A stretch of DNA of 64,000 nt, from assembly GCA_963823665.1 (NCBI GenBank), contig CAWGMQ010000006.1, positions 1,248,001 through 1,312,000 on the forward strand, given 5' to 3'. Positions 21,846 through 32,259 of this stretch are shown here, piece by piece. The first letter of the stretch is position 1. The number at the start of each line of letters is the position of its first letter. A model generated the notes under the pieces. The model had not been told where the DNA came from, searched no databases, and was given only the letters and a program-made list of their open reading frames with translations. Origin of the DNA: an uncultured Planctomycetota bacterium. Its GTDB lineage: Bacteria > Planctomycetota > Planctomycetia > Isosphaerales > Isosphaeraceae. Both the position numbers and the translations under genes were made by a program.

Positions 21846-23198
21846 ATGAGCCGCTTGAACCGCCCTTTTCCGGAACTGACCCGCCGGCAGTTGATGCGGC
21901 TTGCCGCTGTGGGCGCACTCGGCGCCTCGGCTTCGGGCTGGATCGAGGCCCTGGCGGCGGAAGCGGCCACGAACCCGAGCCGCCGCAAATCGTGCATTCT
22001 GCTCTGGATGTCGGGCGGACCGAGCCAGACCGACACGTTCGACCCCAAGCCCGGGCACGCGAACAGCGGTCCGTTCAAGCCGATCCAATCGGCGGTGCCG
22101 ACCCTGATGCTCGGGCCGCACTTGCCCAAGCTGGCGAAGCAGGCGAAGGACCTGGCCATCGTTCGCTCGATGAGCTCGAAGGAAGGGGACCACGGCCGGG
22201 CGACTTACTACCTCCGCACGGGGTATTTGCCGCAGGGCCCGGTTCGCTACCCGACACTGGGCTCGCTGGTCGCCAACGAGCTTGACAGCGAGTCGGCCGA
22301 GCTGCCGGGGTTTGTGAGCATTTCGCCGGTGCGAGCGATCAATGCGGCGGCTTTTAGCTCGGGGTTCCTGGGACCCAAATGCGCGCCCTTGAACGTCGGC
22401 GAACGAGGGCTGGCGGGTGGACCGGATGGAGGAGCGCCCTCCTTGCGAGTCGAGGACCTGGAGATCCCGCGCGGAATCGGGCGGCCGCGAGCGGACGAGC
22501 GATTGGAATTAATGCAGACGTTAGGAAGTGAATTTGTGGCGAGCCGGTCGGGGGGGCCGACGTCGAGCCATCAGAGCGCGTATCGCCGGGCGGTGAAGAT
22601 GATGCGATCGTCGGCCGCCAAGGCGTTCGAGCTGGATGAAGAGCCGGCAGCCGTCCAGGACGCTTACGGGCGGAACCCGTTCGGCCAGGGCTGTCTGCTG
22701 GCCCGCCGGCTGGTGGAGCGCGGCGTGCCGTTCGTTGAGGTGACACTCTCCTCGGTCGACGGCAACAACGGCCTGGGGTGGGACACTCACGCGCAGAATT
22801 TTGACGCGGTCGAAAAGCTTTGCGGCGTGCTCGACGCCGGCTGGGCCACGCTCATGAACGATCTACGTTCTCGCGGGCTGCTTGATAGCACGCTCATTGT
22901 CTGGATGGGCGAGTTCGGCCGTACCCCCAAGATCAACGAGCAAGCCGGGCGGGACCATTTCCCGAACGCCTGGTCGACGGTGCTCGCCGGCGGCGGGATT
23001 CATGGCGGGCAGGCGATCGGCAACACAGGGGCCGACGGTGAGGAGGTCAAGGACCGGCCCGTGCAGGTGCCCGACCTGCTCGCGACGGTCGTCAAGAGCC
23101 TGGGAATCGACCCGGGCAAGCAGAACGTCGTCGATAACGGCCGGCCGATCCGGATCGTCGATCTCAAGGCCAAGCCGATCAAGGAAATCCTGGGATGA
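21846..23198 (+). CDS. DUF1501 domain protein (Tat signal)
   Basis: TRRQLM, LWMSGGPSQTDTFDPKP, CLLARRLVERGV, WDTH, GEFGRTP. Confidence 0.92.
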   Translation: MSRLNRPFPELTRRQLMRLAAVGALGASASGWIEALAAEAATNPSRRKSCILLWMSGGPSQTDTFDPKPGHANSGPFKPIQSAVPTLMLGPHLPKLAKQAKDLAIVRSMSSKEGDHGRATYYLRTGYLPQGPVRYPTLGSLVANELDSESAELPGFVSISPVRAINAAAFSSGFLGPKCAPLNVGERGLAGGPDGGAPSLRVEDLEIPRGIGRPRADERLELMQTLGSEFVASRSGGPTSSHQSAYRRAVKMMRSSAAKAFELDEEPAAVQDAYGRNPFGQGCLLARRLVERGVPFVEVTLSSVDGNNGLGWDTHAQNFDAVEKLCGVLDAGWATLMNDLRSRGLLDSTLIVWMGEFGRTPKINEQAGRDHFPNAWSTVLAGGGIHGGQAIGNTGADGEEVKDRPVQVPDLLATVVKSLGIDPGKQNVVDNGRPIRIVDLKAKPIKEILG

Positions 23199-24898
23199 AC
23201 GCTGCCGCGGCAGTCATGGTGCTCGCCCTGGCCGCCGCCGTGCCTGCACAGGATCCTGCATCTTCACCTGCGGCAACGGGCGGCGAGAGCGCGCACGATT
23301 TGATGTTCCTGGCGGATCACCGCCCGGTTTTCGTGCGTTTGCGGATCACAAACGGTGACAAACCGTTCGATGCGTCCTGGGTTGACTCGATCCGGGCGAT
23401 TTATTCGAGCCTCGACCGTAACGGCGACGGCACCCTCACCGTCAAGGAGGCCGATGCAAAGTTCGTCGTGCCGCTCCTGAGACTGGCCCGAGGCGCGGCC
23501 GTGCCGCCCAAGCTTCCCGAGCTCGATGTGAGCCCGAAGGATGGCAAGGTCTCGATCGAGGAGCTGGCCGAGGCGCTGCGGCCGATCGTTGGTCCCTTCC
23601 AGCTTCAGGTCGAGCGGCAGGCCGTCGGGCGCACCGACGCTCTGTTCGACCAGCTTGACCGCGACAAGGATGGGCTGCTCACCCGGTCGGAGCTATCCGT
23701 GATTCGCGGCTCAGTGCGGCCGCTCGATCTCGACGACGATCAAATGATCAGCGCGTATGAGCTCGACCCATTTAATGATCGGGCGATGGCCAACGTCGCT
23801 GTCAACGTGTCGCCCGGCCGCCAGGAGCGGCTGGACGCTTCTCCGCCGGTGGTTGAGCTGCTGCCGGGTGAGTCGACGCTTCGGCCGGCGCGGCTCTTGC
23901 TCAGGAAGTACGACAAAGCGAAGGAAGCCATACCGGGAAGCCAGAACAACAAGCTATCAAGCGAGGAGCTGGCGATCGATCCGGATGCGTTTACCGAGGC
24001 CGACAAGAATCATGATGGATCGCTTGACCTGGATGAGCTGCGGAAGTTCTTTCGCGCGGTGCCGATTGACGTGACGCTGGATGTGAGCCTCCCGTCCGAT
24101 GCTTCTCGCCGGGCGATGGTGCATGCGGCCTCGGGCGTGAGCCAGGCAAAGGAAGTTCGGGTTCGCCAGATTACCGAAGGCGACGTCGAGATCGTGATTG
24201 GGCAAGTGCGTGTGGATGTTCGGGTTGATGATCGACCGTATGCGACGGGCGATGTCGCCCGGATTCTCACGCAGCGGTTCAAGGCTGCCGACGCGAACAA
24301 GGACGGCTACCTCGAAGGGAAGGAGCTCGAGGCGATCAACGGGCCGCAATCGCCGCTGGCCGGGTTGGCGGAGGTGATCGATCGGAATGGGGACAAGAAG
24401 ATCTATTTGAAGGAGCTGCTCGAGTTCGGCGATCGCCAGAATGAGGCTGCGCGGGGGCGCCTGCTGGTCAATGCATCCGATCAGGGCCGGGCGATTTTCG
24501 GAATTGTCGACCTGGATCGGGACCGACGGCTCGGGGCACGAGAGTTGATGCGAGCGGTCGAGCGGGTGACGTCGTGGGACGGCGACAGCGACGGCCGCGT
24601 CTCGGCGGACGAGATTCCGTATCACTTTCAGGTGGGCATTGGCCGGGGTGGGCTGGTTGGTTTGACGGGTGGGGTTATCGGCGCGATCAGGGCGCAGGCG
24701 ATGACTGCGGCGCGAGGGGGCTCCGAGCCGGGGGTAGGCCCGGTGTGGTTTCAGAAGATGGATCGGAACCATGACGGGGATGTTTCGCGGCGCGAGTTCC
24801 TGGGGCCGCGGGAGGCGTTTGACCGGCTTGACAAGGATACGGATGGGTTGATTGATGCCGAGGAGGCGAGTGCGGCGAAGGGCAAGGACTCTCCGTAA
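23195..24898 (+). CDS. Secreted multi-EF-hand protein
   Basis: Signal peptide; many DxNxDG loops (DRNGDG, DRDKDG, DKNHDG, DANKDG, DRNHDG). Confidence 0.9.
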   Translation: MNAAAAVMVLALAAAVPAQDPASSPAATGGESAHDLMFLADHRPVFVRLRITNGDKPFDASWVDSIRAIYSSLDRNGDGTLTVKEADAKFVVPLLRLARGAAVPPKLPELDVSPKDGKVSIEELAEALRPIVGPFQLQVERQAVGRTDALFDQLDRDKDGLLTRSELSVIRGSVRPLDLDDDQMISAYELDPFNDRAMANVAVNVSPGRQERLDASPPVVELLPGESTLRPARLLLRKYDKAKEAIPGSQNNKLSSEELAIDPDAFTEADKNHDGSLDLDELRKFFRAVPIDVTLDVSLPSDASRRAMVHAASGVSQAKEVRVRQITEGDVEIVIGQVRVDVRVDDRPYATGDVARILTQRFKAADANKDGYLEGKELEAINGPQSPLAGLAEVIDRNGDKKIYLKELLEFGDRQNEAARGRLLVNASDQGRAIFGIVDLDRDRRLGARELMRAVERVTSWDGDSDGRVSADEIPYHFQVGIGRGGLVGLTGGVIGAIRAQAMTAARGGSEPGVGPVWFQKMDRNHDGDVSRREFLGPREAFDRLDKDTDGLIDAEEASAAKGKDSP

Positions 24899-24899
24899 C

Positions 24900-24962
24900 G
24901 TAGTAGGCACACTCCGTGTGCCGTTGCTCTTTCGAATCCGGCACACGGAGTGTGCCTGCTAC
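24900..24962. repeat. Inverted pair of GTAG-type REP-like palindromes
   Basis: GTAGTAGGCACACTCCGTGTGCCG-N15-CGGCACACGGAGTGTGCCTGCTAC, directly after the EF-hand stop codon. Confidence 0.85.
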
Positions 24963-25031
24963 GGGCGCCGCGGAGCGGCACCCAGAACGTTCCAGCGCGC
25001 GCAGGAACGATGGAAGAAGTCCCTTCGCGGA

Positions 25032-26683
25032 GAGGCTGTCATCTTTTGGCCGCGTTGCGGTAACTCGGCCGTTGGGCCTAGTCGGCTGTGATTCACCGCT
25101 TGGTCGCTCGGTTAGTGCCGCCGATTCACGCCAGTTCTCCAATAGCCCAGCCGTTGACGCAAACGCGCTTTCCTATTTTGTCCCTTTTTTGCAAAGTACC
25201 GCTCATTCCGCCAGTTTGCCCATCGCTGGGCGCAGTCTCCCTGCGACAACCAGGTTGTGAGCAATTGCAAACAACAATGCGACGGCGCGGCAACGCGGTT
25301 GGCCACGCACGGGCATAAACCAGAATCCTCGATTGCGAGCCTGGGCGTTGACCCACTCGGCTGTTTGGCCTCGCAGCCGGTAGATCAGCTTCGCGGCCTC
25401 GGTCCCCATTCGGATCCGCCAAGCGGCAACCGCTTCGCTGTCGCCCTTCTTTGCGGTGTAGGGATCTTCTCCATTTGCCTGTTTCTTTTTCTCGTCTCTG
25501 ATCGGCCCGTATACGATGCAGCCGCGTTGGGCCGCCTGATCGATCGAGTCCTTGGTCGTGAAGCCACCGTCAACCAATGCCTCATCCGGAATTCGTTCGT
25601 AACGCTCCTCCAACTGGTCGAGCATGGGCGGAAGTTCTTCGCCATCGTTCCCTGCGTTGGTCACCTCCACACCCACAATCACACCGCTTTCGGTGTCTGT
25701 TGTGAATTGAACGTTATATCCCGGCCGGAATCCTCCGTCTGGAAACTTCATGATCCTCGCGTCGGGGTCGGTGGTCGAAGCACGCGCTTCCCGCCCCTTG
25801 CGGCCGTAGGACTCGTCACGTTCGCGTTGCAGCTCCTCGCACTGCCGCATCGCTTCTTCGATCCGTTGCTGTCGCTTGTTGGCGGCACGCTCCCGCGCCG
25901 CTCGCTGCCGTCGAGTCAGCTCTGCTGTGTCCTCCTCGGCCAGTTTCTTCAGCGCCTCAACCTGCTCCTTCGCCGCTTTCAGGCACTCCTCCAGGCTACC
26001 GCGACGACGAAACGAGCTCTTGCCCGCGCTGGCACGCACTCTCATTCCGTCCTGAGCGACCCGGTCCATTTTCACCAACCCGGCATGGAGCAGGGTGCCC
26101 ACGATCTGCGTGAGCAGTTCGTTCAACTTCTCGCCCCCACAAGCGAGGAAGTGGGACAACATGCTGTGGTTGACGGTTACGCCGCCGCACAGCCACTGGT
26201 ACGGCAGACTCCCTTGGTTCTTTTCGCACAGCCGTTCGATTTCACGGGCGCTGCCGACTCCCTTCAATGTGGCGAAAACCCGCAATCCGACCAGCAAGCG
26301 CGGGTCGGTGGCATCTCGGCCGACATGTCGCTCGACGGCCTTGATCTCGCCGAGCCAGGCTTTCAGATCGAGCTTGCAGACCGCCGCCCAGACGACCCGG
26401 GCCGGATGGTCGGCCTCGAGCAATTCATCGAGCGATGCCCAGCGCATCTCGATCTGGTCGCGTACGGGACACCGCAGCCGCGGCTTGCCAGTTGGCATCG
26501 ACTGGGCAGCCTGGGCGGGAGAGGGCTGATCGGGCAAGTCTTCTGGGCTAAAGAGAGGAAGTGTCATGACGCTCGTCCTGCAACACCGGGGCTGCGTGGG
26601 GCTCATGCGGCGGACTACATGCATGGTATTAGAACGTGAACACTATACAAAATCAACCCCAACGCCGAAAAAATCACAGCCTC
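25032..26683 (-). mobile_element. IS1182-family insertion sequence, copy 1 (1652 bp)
   Basis: IRs GAGGCTGTCATCTTTT / GAGGCTGTGATTTTTT (14/16); GGA on both sides; sits in REP hairpin CCTTCGC-GGA-GCGAAGG. Confidence 0.92.
25203..26567 (-). CDS. IS1182-family DDE transposase
   Basis: LDELLEADHPAR...DPRLL...SAREIERLC (DUF772-like), QDGMRVRASA, STTDPDARIMK, GYNVQ, LVDGGF, R..TAEWVNA. Confidence 0.9.
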   Translation of the reverse strand: MTLPLFSPEDLPDQPSPAQAAQSMPTGKPRLRCPVRDQIEMRWASLDELLEADHPARVVWAAVCKLDLKAWLGEIKAVERHVGRDATDPRLLVGLRVFATLKGVGSAREIERLCEKNQGSLPYQWLCGGVTVNHSMLSHFLACGGEKLNELLTQIVGTLLHAGLVKMDRVAQDGMRVRASAGKSSFRRRGSLEECLKAAKEQVEALKKLAEEDTAELTRRQRAARERAANKRQQRIEEAMRQCEELQRERDESYGRKGREARASTTDPDARIMKFPDGGFRPGYNVQFTTDTESGVIVGVEVTNAGNDGEELPPMLDQLEERYERIPDEALVDGGFTTKDSIDQAAQRGCIVYGPIRDEKKKQANGEDPYTAKKGDSEAVAAWRIRMGTEAAKLIYRLRGQTAEWVNAQARNRGFWFMPVRGQPRCRAVALLFAIAHNLVVAGRLRPAMGKLAE

Positions 26684-26710
26684 GGAGCGAAGGGCGACAA
26701 TGAAGAAATC

Positions 26711-26733
26711 GTCAGGCCTAAAGCCTGACCTAC
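26711..26733. repeat. REP-like palindrome GTCAGGC-N-GCCTGACCTAC (second copy 28732-28753)
   Basis: GTCAGGCCTAAAGCCTGACCTAC; overlaps the TAG stop of the adjacent minus-strand gene. Confidence 0.8.
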
Positions 26734-28631
26734 TGGTTTTCGTCTGGCACAGGCAGACGCTCGCCGATCTTGACCAGCGAGTCGCGGATTTCGTCCTGCG
26801 TGGCTTCGAGGGTTTCGACTTCCTGGCGAAGCGGGGGTGGCAAAGTCGTGGCGGCGGGGCGGGTTTTGTCGACGACGACTGTGTCGTCATTAAGCCTTGA
26901 CTGAAGCAGGCGCACCATCTTGAGCTCGGCGACCAGGCGGTTGAGCTCGCGCTCGCGCTCTCTGGGCTCCGAGGGGAGGGGCTCGCCAGGCGGAGGGGGT
27001 GTCGTGGGCGGCAGCCGGCGAATAGCCTGGACGAGTGCCAGCAAGTCTTCCTCGACGCGGATTTCCAGCGTGATCGTCCGCTTGGAAACATCCTCGGCTT
27101 TGAGCCAGCTTTCGATGGTGCGCATCTCGCGAGAGAGGACGTGAAGTGTTGTCGGCAGAGCGATGCCGAACTCGGTTTCCTGGACCAGGGCGAGCAGGTG
27201 CTCGCAGCGGTCTGCAAGCTCGCCCTCTTTCTTGGAAAGGGCGGCCACGGTGAGCAGTGCGGTCCGCGATTTCTGCGCGACCTTGGGGGCCTGGGCCTGG
27301 GTCGTCTCGCGGATCATCATCTGGGTTTCGTGCATCTCTGTTAACTCGATCACGAGCCGGCCCTGGAGCTCGATGCGGAGCTCGACGAGCAGTTTCTCGA
27401 CTGAGCCAGCGAGATCGTCTCGCGATTTCGTGAGGATTTCGAGCGCGGTCGTCTGGTTCTCGGCTGCCGGGGCTGCGGCGGTTTTGCCCAGGTTGTCCTG
27501 GGCCGTTCGCATCGAGGCGCCGGCGCGAATCAGGTCCTTGCGCAAGGCGACGCCGACATCTCCCAGCCGGGCAGAGGCCTCCGAGAGGCTTTCCGTCGCT
27601 TCGTGGTTCTTGCCTTGATCGGTCGCGCGGCGGCGGAATTCGGCCTCGGCGATCGTTTTCTGGGTCTGCGCCACCTGGTCGTTCAAGCGATTGAGCTCTT
27701 CGCGGAGCAGGCCGAGTGCCTTTTCCTCGGACGAGACGGCGGCGCCTGAATCGGTGTCGCCCAGGTACTTCACGGCGTCAGCCAGATGAGGGTCTGCGCG
27801 GCGGAGGTGAGGAGGCTGCAAGTCGGCGAACAACGGGTCAGTCGCCAGGCCGGCGGCCGCGCGGCGGAGCTTGGTTTCACGCTCGTTGATTGGTGACAAG
27901 GCGTCCTTCGCGGCTTTGTCCTTCCCTTTGGGGGCATTCTTGGAATCGGCGATGATGGCCTGCTGGTCGCGAACGAGTGCAGCCAGATCAGGCTGGCGGC
28001 TGGTCGATCGTTCGAGGCGCTTGCGCTCGGCCAGGGCAAAGCGCGACCAGCCCAGCTCACGCTTTTCTTCAACGATGATGCGTTCGAGCTGGGCGAGCGT
28101 TTCGCGCATCTGGCGGAGCCGGGCCAGCTTGAGCTGGAAGTCGAGATCCTCGGCCAGGAGGAGGTTGCGCAAGTGCTGGAGCTTGGCGATCAGCTCCTTC
28201 ACCTCGGTTTCGGCCTTGCTGAGCTGCGCTTCCTTGAGCAGCTTGTGCGTCTCGCGCATCTGGTCGAGAATCTGTTCCTCGCGGGAGAACTGAAGTGCCA
28301 GGCGAAGCCGGGAGGCGTTTTCGGGCTCGAGCCCGCGAAGCGCCTCGGAGAGCCGGAACATCCGCTCTTCCAGCTCATTCATCTGGGAGGCGGCGTTTTG
28401 CTGGCTGAAGCCGATTGTGTCGCGGTCGGAGACGGTTGCATCCTTGGCTGTGGCCGGAGTCTTGGCGGTATCGGCCGGTTTCTTTTCGTCGTCGAAGACG
28501 GCGTCCGATTTGGCTGCGTCCTTGGTTTCCTGGGCAAGTGCGCGGGGGCCGATGCCGCCGCCGGCCGCGAGGACGAAGAGTGCCAAGAGAGCGTTGATTG
28601 GCCGGCGGGGATGCCATATGCGGCTTGCCAT
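26730..28631 (-). CDS. Secreted long coiled-coil protein (DUF4175-like)
   Basis: Signal peptide; extended E/L/R/Q-rich heptads; LVAELKMVRLLQ. Confidence 0.75.
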   Translation of the reverse strand: MASRIWHPRRPINALLALFVLAAGGGIGPRALAQETKDAAKSDAVFDDEKKPADTAKTPATAKDATVSDRDTIGFSQQNAASQMNELEERMFRLSEALRGLEPENASRLRLALQFSREEQILDQMRETHKLLKEAQLSKAETEVKELIAKLQHLRNLLLAEDLDFQLKLARLRQMRETLAQLERIIVEEKRELGWSRFALAERKRLERSTSRQPDLAALVRDQQAIIADSKNAPKGKDKAAKDALSPINERETKLRRAAAGLATDPLFADLQPPHLRRADPHLADAVKYLGDTDSGAAVSSEEKALGLLREELNRLNDQVAQTQKTIAEAEFRRRATDQGKNHEATESLSEASARLGDVGVALRKDLIRAGASMRTAQDNLGKTAAAPAAENQTTALEILTKSRDDLAGSVEKLLVELRIELQGRLVIELTEMHETQMMIRETTQAQAPKVAQKSRTALLTVAALSKKEGELADRCEHLLALVQETEFGIALPTTLHVLSREMRTIESWLKAEDVSKRTITLEIRVEEDLLALVQAIRRLPPTTPPPPGEPLPSEPRERERELNRLVAELKMVRLLQSRLNDDTVVVDKTRPAATTLPPPLRQEVETLEATQDEIRDSLVKIGERLPVPDENQ

Positions 28632-28731
28632 CGAAAAGCTCCTGCTTGCGTGCAAGACTTCGGGTTTTCTGGAGCGCTCTCAAGTACGTTTCGCGCGCGA
28701 TGGAATTCCGTGATTCAATCGCCGTGCTCAC

Positions 28732-28753
28732 GTCAGGCTGAAGCCTGACCTAC
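28732..28753. repeat. REP-like palindrome GTCAGGCTGAAGCCTGACCTAC
   Basis: Hairpin plus CTAC tail, same orientation as the copy at 26711. Confidence 0.8.
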
Positions 28754-28832
28754 GTTACGTCTTACTTTCGTCGATGCGGGGAGTTGATTGCAAGGGGATT
28801 CCTGTGCGAAGGGGTTGCAGAGGGTGGACTTT

Positions 28833-29555
28833 TCAGTGCGGAGTGGCGGCGAATACCATCATCAGGAGGTAGGGCTCGCCGAGGACGTGATAGATGCTGT
28901 GTGCCAGGATCACGGGCGTCAGGCTGCGGCGGCCGAGGACGTAGAGGCCGGCGTGAAGGGAGAAGAGAATGAACGACGGGAGGAAGCCGATCAGGGTCGG
29001 ATTTTGAAAAGCGTGATAGAGCGCCGAGCATGCGCCCGAGGCGAGGATCTGGAGCCAGGCCGGCACTTGACCGCGCTGTAACTCGGTCATGAACAGGCCG
29101 CGCATCAAGGTTTCTTCCGATACGGCCAGGAAGATGCCCAGCGGAGCGAGCAAGAGCCGTGTCCAGGTAAACTGCATGACGTCGACGCCGGGCAGGAGGT
29201 GGCGCGCACCGAAGCAGGCGAAGCTCGTGTAAGCTGCTCCGAGTATCACTGCCAGCACAAGGGCTAAAGGCGTTGTCGGGCGACCCCAGCCCAGCTCTGC
29301 CAGCGAGGAGCCGCGCCGGCGCTGCCAGACGATGATGTACGCGAAGGCGACCAGGCCCGCGATTGCGAAACTGACCTCGAGCCAGATGGCGCCGCGGTAC
29401 CAGCCCAGCCGCCGGGTTAGCTCGCCGCCCAGAACGACGAAACACAGTAACCCGAAGAGCGCACAGCCCAGGAGCGTGACCGCGAACGCGTTGCGCCATG
29501 CGATCCAGGGCGAGAGCTGCCCTCGCACCTGGCCGAACGGGGGTTTGCTACTCAT
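28833..29555 (-). CDS. CPBP/Abi-family intramembrane metalloprotease
   Basis: EETLMRG, ALYH and AHSIYH motifs; multiple TM segments. Confidence 0.85.
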   Translation of the reverse strand: MSSKPPFGQVRGQLSPWIAWRNAFAVTLLGCALFGLLCFVVLGGELTRRLGWYRGAIWLEVSFAIAGLVAFAYIIVWQRRRGSSLAELGWGRPTTPLALVLAVILGAAYTSFACFGARHLLPGVDVMQFTWTRLLLAPLGIFLAVSEETLMRGLFMTELQRGQVPAWLQILASGACSALYHAFQNPTLIGFLPSFILFSLHAGLYVLGRRSLTPVILAHSIYHVLGEPYLLMMVFAATPH

Positions 29556-29794
29556 CGCGATTGCCTCGTCGCGTGGATCCGGATCGCTTGCCGTCGATTC
29601 GTGCACTGAACCATCTTCAGCCTTTTCGCGGGCGAAAGACAGAAAGTTCCGCCGACGCGCTGTGTTTCAGTGTGGCCAAGACCGGCGGATGCGGCTAGAA
29701 CGAATCCATGAAATCCTGATTTGATCTGCTGAGCAGCGCCAGGGCATTGCAGCAGAAGCGGATTTCGGCAATTGATGACATTAAACCCAAGGCG

Positions 29795-32096
29795 ATGACT
29801 GTGGCATGGGCGCACGGGCAACCGATTGAAGTGGCGGTGTTGCTGGGTGCGCTGGCGCTAGCGCTTTCACTGCTCGGGCTGGCTCGCTCTATTTCCGATG
29901 CGCCGGCGGCTCGGTCGTGGCTGCTTCTGGTTCTTCGGGCGAGCGTGCTGGCGGGGCTGGTTCTCATTCTGTTCGGGCCGTCGCAGGTGAATGAAACACG
30001 ACAGCCCGGCCGAGATCCGAGCGTCATCTATCTCATCGACGCGTCGCGGAGCATGGGCCTGGGCGCCCCGGAGAGCAGGCTCGAACAGGCGCGGCGTACG
30101 ATCGAGGAAGCGAACGCGCTTGCTGCGCGGTGCGCCGCCGGTCAAGATTGAGTTTTACCGGTTCGGTGAGCGGCTGGCGGGGCTTTCCGGCGGAACGGTG
30201 ATGAAAGCGGTCGACAACGAGACTCAACTGGCTTCTGCTGTCGAGGAACTGCCGGCAAGATTCGCGGACGGCTTGCCGATCGGTGTGGTGGTCTTTTCCG
30301 ACGGCCGAACGACCGGGGCCGAGGCTCTAGGTGCGACGGCGCGAGGGTATAGGGCGCTGGGCGTACCAGTTCACGTCGTGCCGGTTGGCGACCCGCGGAC
30401 GGCGGGTGACGTGGCGCTCGCGAATGTGATCGCCCCGCGCGATTCGCCGGCGGGTGCACGCGTGCCGGTCTCGGTCGTGGTGCGCAGCCAGGGGTATTCT
30501 GGGCGGCGGGCCGAGGTTCAGATCCGGTATCAGGATCAAGCGACGGGCGAGCCGCTGGCGTCGCTGCCGATCGTGCTGTCTGACGGTGAGCAAACGCATC
30601 ACCTGGCAATCGAGGCCGGTCGGCTCGGGAGTCGCATTCTGCTCGCGGCCGTGACCGAGCTCGACGGCGAGGCGATTCGCGAGAACAACCGCGTTCCGTT
30701 TGAGATGCGCGCTCAAACGAGGAAGGTGCGCGTGATCTACATGGAAGGAGGGCCCCCCAATCTTTTTCGGCGGCTGAGCCAGGCCCTGGCCGAAGATGCG
30801 GACATCGAGTGCCTCGACATCGGGACTGTGTTTCGGGCCGGTGGCCGAACTGGCCTGGCGAGAAAGAACGATCCGGCTCGAGGCTATCCCGAAACGCGGG
30901 CTGAGCTGTTCGACTATGACGTTGTCATTTGCAGCGACATCGCACGTGAAAACTTCTCACAAGATCAGCTCAACTGGACGGTCGAGTTGGTTGCTGAGCG
31001 GGGAGGCGGGTTTGCGATGGTCGGAGGGAACAAGAGCTATGGGGCGGGTGAGTATCACAAGACCGTGTGGAATGGGCTGATTCCCGTGGATATGGGGCAA
31101 TGGGGGCTGGAACGCGGATTCGAGAACATCATCTACTGGGGATCAGGCCGGCTTTTCCGGGTGGTGGTGCCGCCGGAAGCGCAGGGGCATCCGATCTGGC
31201 ACTTCACCGACGACAGCGCACGGAACCGCGCGATCCTGGCGAAGATGCCCGTCTTCTACGGCTGCAACCTGGTCGACCGGCTCAAACCGGCGGCGATGGT
31301 CCTGGGACTCTCCGACAGGGCGCTCCTCAGCGTGGGCAAGGCGCCGATCTTTTCATGCGAGAGCTTCGGCCAGGGCCGCACGTTCGCGATGCTGACCGAC
31401 ACGACACCCGACTGGGGCCGCGACTTCGAGAGCTCGTGGGGCGAGAACGGAGATAATCGCTACTTTCGGCGGTTCTGGCGGAACGTTGTCTCCTGGCTGG
31501 GTGAACATTCCGCGGGCCGCAGCCGGCGGCTGCGCGTCGAGACCGACAAGCTCGTATACGCACCGGGTGAGTCCGTGCGGTTGAGTGCGCGTGCGTTCGA
31601 CGATCAAAAGGAATTGACGACGCGATATCGGCTGGAGGCGCGATTGGGGCTTTCCGGCGCGCCGGCTGAGTCAGTCTCGTTTCGCGGCATGGTGCCGCGG
31701 GCCGACCGGCCGGAATACGAGGCGGATCTCGCCTGTCCGAGCGTGGATGCCGGGCGTGCGGGGGCTTTTCATGCGGCGGTGGCTCAGGTCGTTGCGTTTG
31801 ACGGATCTCGCGAAGTTGCGCGAGCGGACGTTGAGATCCAGGTGCGCGAAGACTCGCCCGAGCTCCGAGATGTTCGGCCCGACCCTCTTGCGCTCGCGGC
31901 GCTGGCGGAGGCGAGTGGAGGACAGGTCATTAACGATGCGCGTTCGCTGGCGGCGATCTTGACAGGCGCCAAGCGAAATCCGGAGGTCACCATCATCTCG
32001 CGCACGCCGCGTTGGGATCATCCGCTGGTGTGGACACTGCTTCTGGGCGTGCTCTGCCTCGAGTGGGTTCTCCGGCGGCGACGCGGCTTGGCGTGA
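29795..32096 (+). CDS. Membrane protein with vWA-like and glutamine-amidotransferase-like domains (frameshift near 30117)
   Basis: IDASRSMG, VVFSDGR, YDVVICSDI, GGGFAMVGG..SYG.G, FWRNVVSWL, C-terminal EWVLRRRRGLA. Confidence 0.8.
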
Positions 32097-32259
32097 CGTT
32101 GCTCGCCGCTGGATCGAATCGATCATTCGGGGACCGTGAGATCGGCATCGGTGAATTTTCTGGCGCTGTGCGGTGCCTTGAACGCCGGGCTCGGCGGGGA
32201 TACGCTGGCCCGGGTTGTCCTCTTCAAGGCGTTCGCTACTTCGCAGGGGCATCAGATCC

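Noticed and set aside
25257..26639. 460-aa plus-strand ORF inside each IS copy
   Set aside because: Antisense shadow of the transposase with no recognisable motifs; long shadow ORFs are common at high GC.
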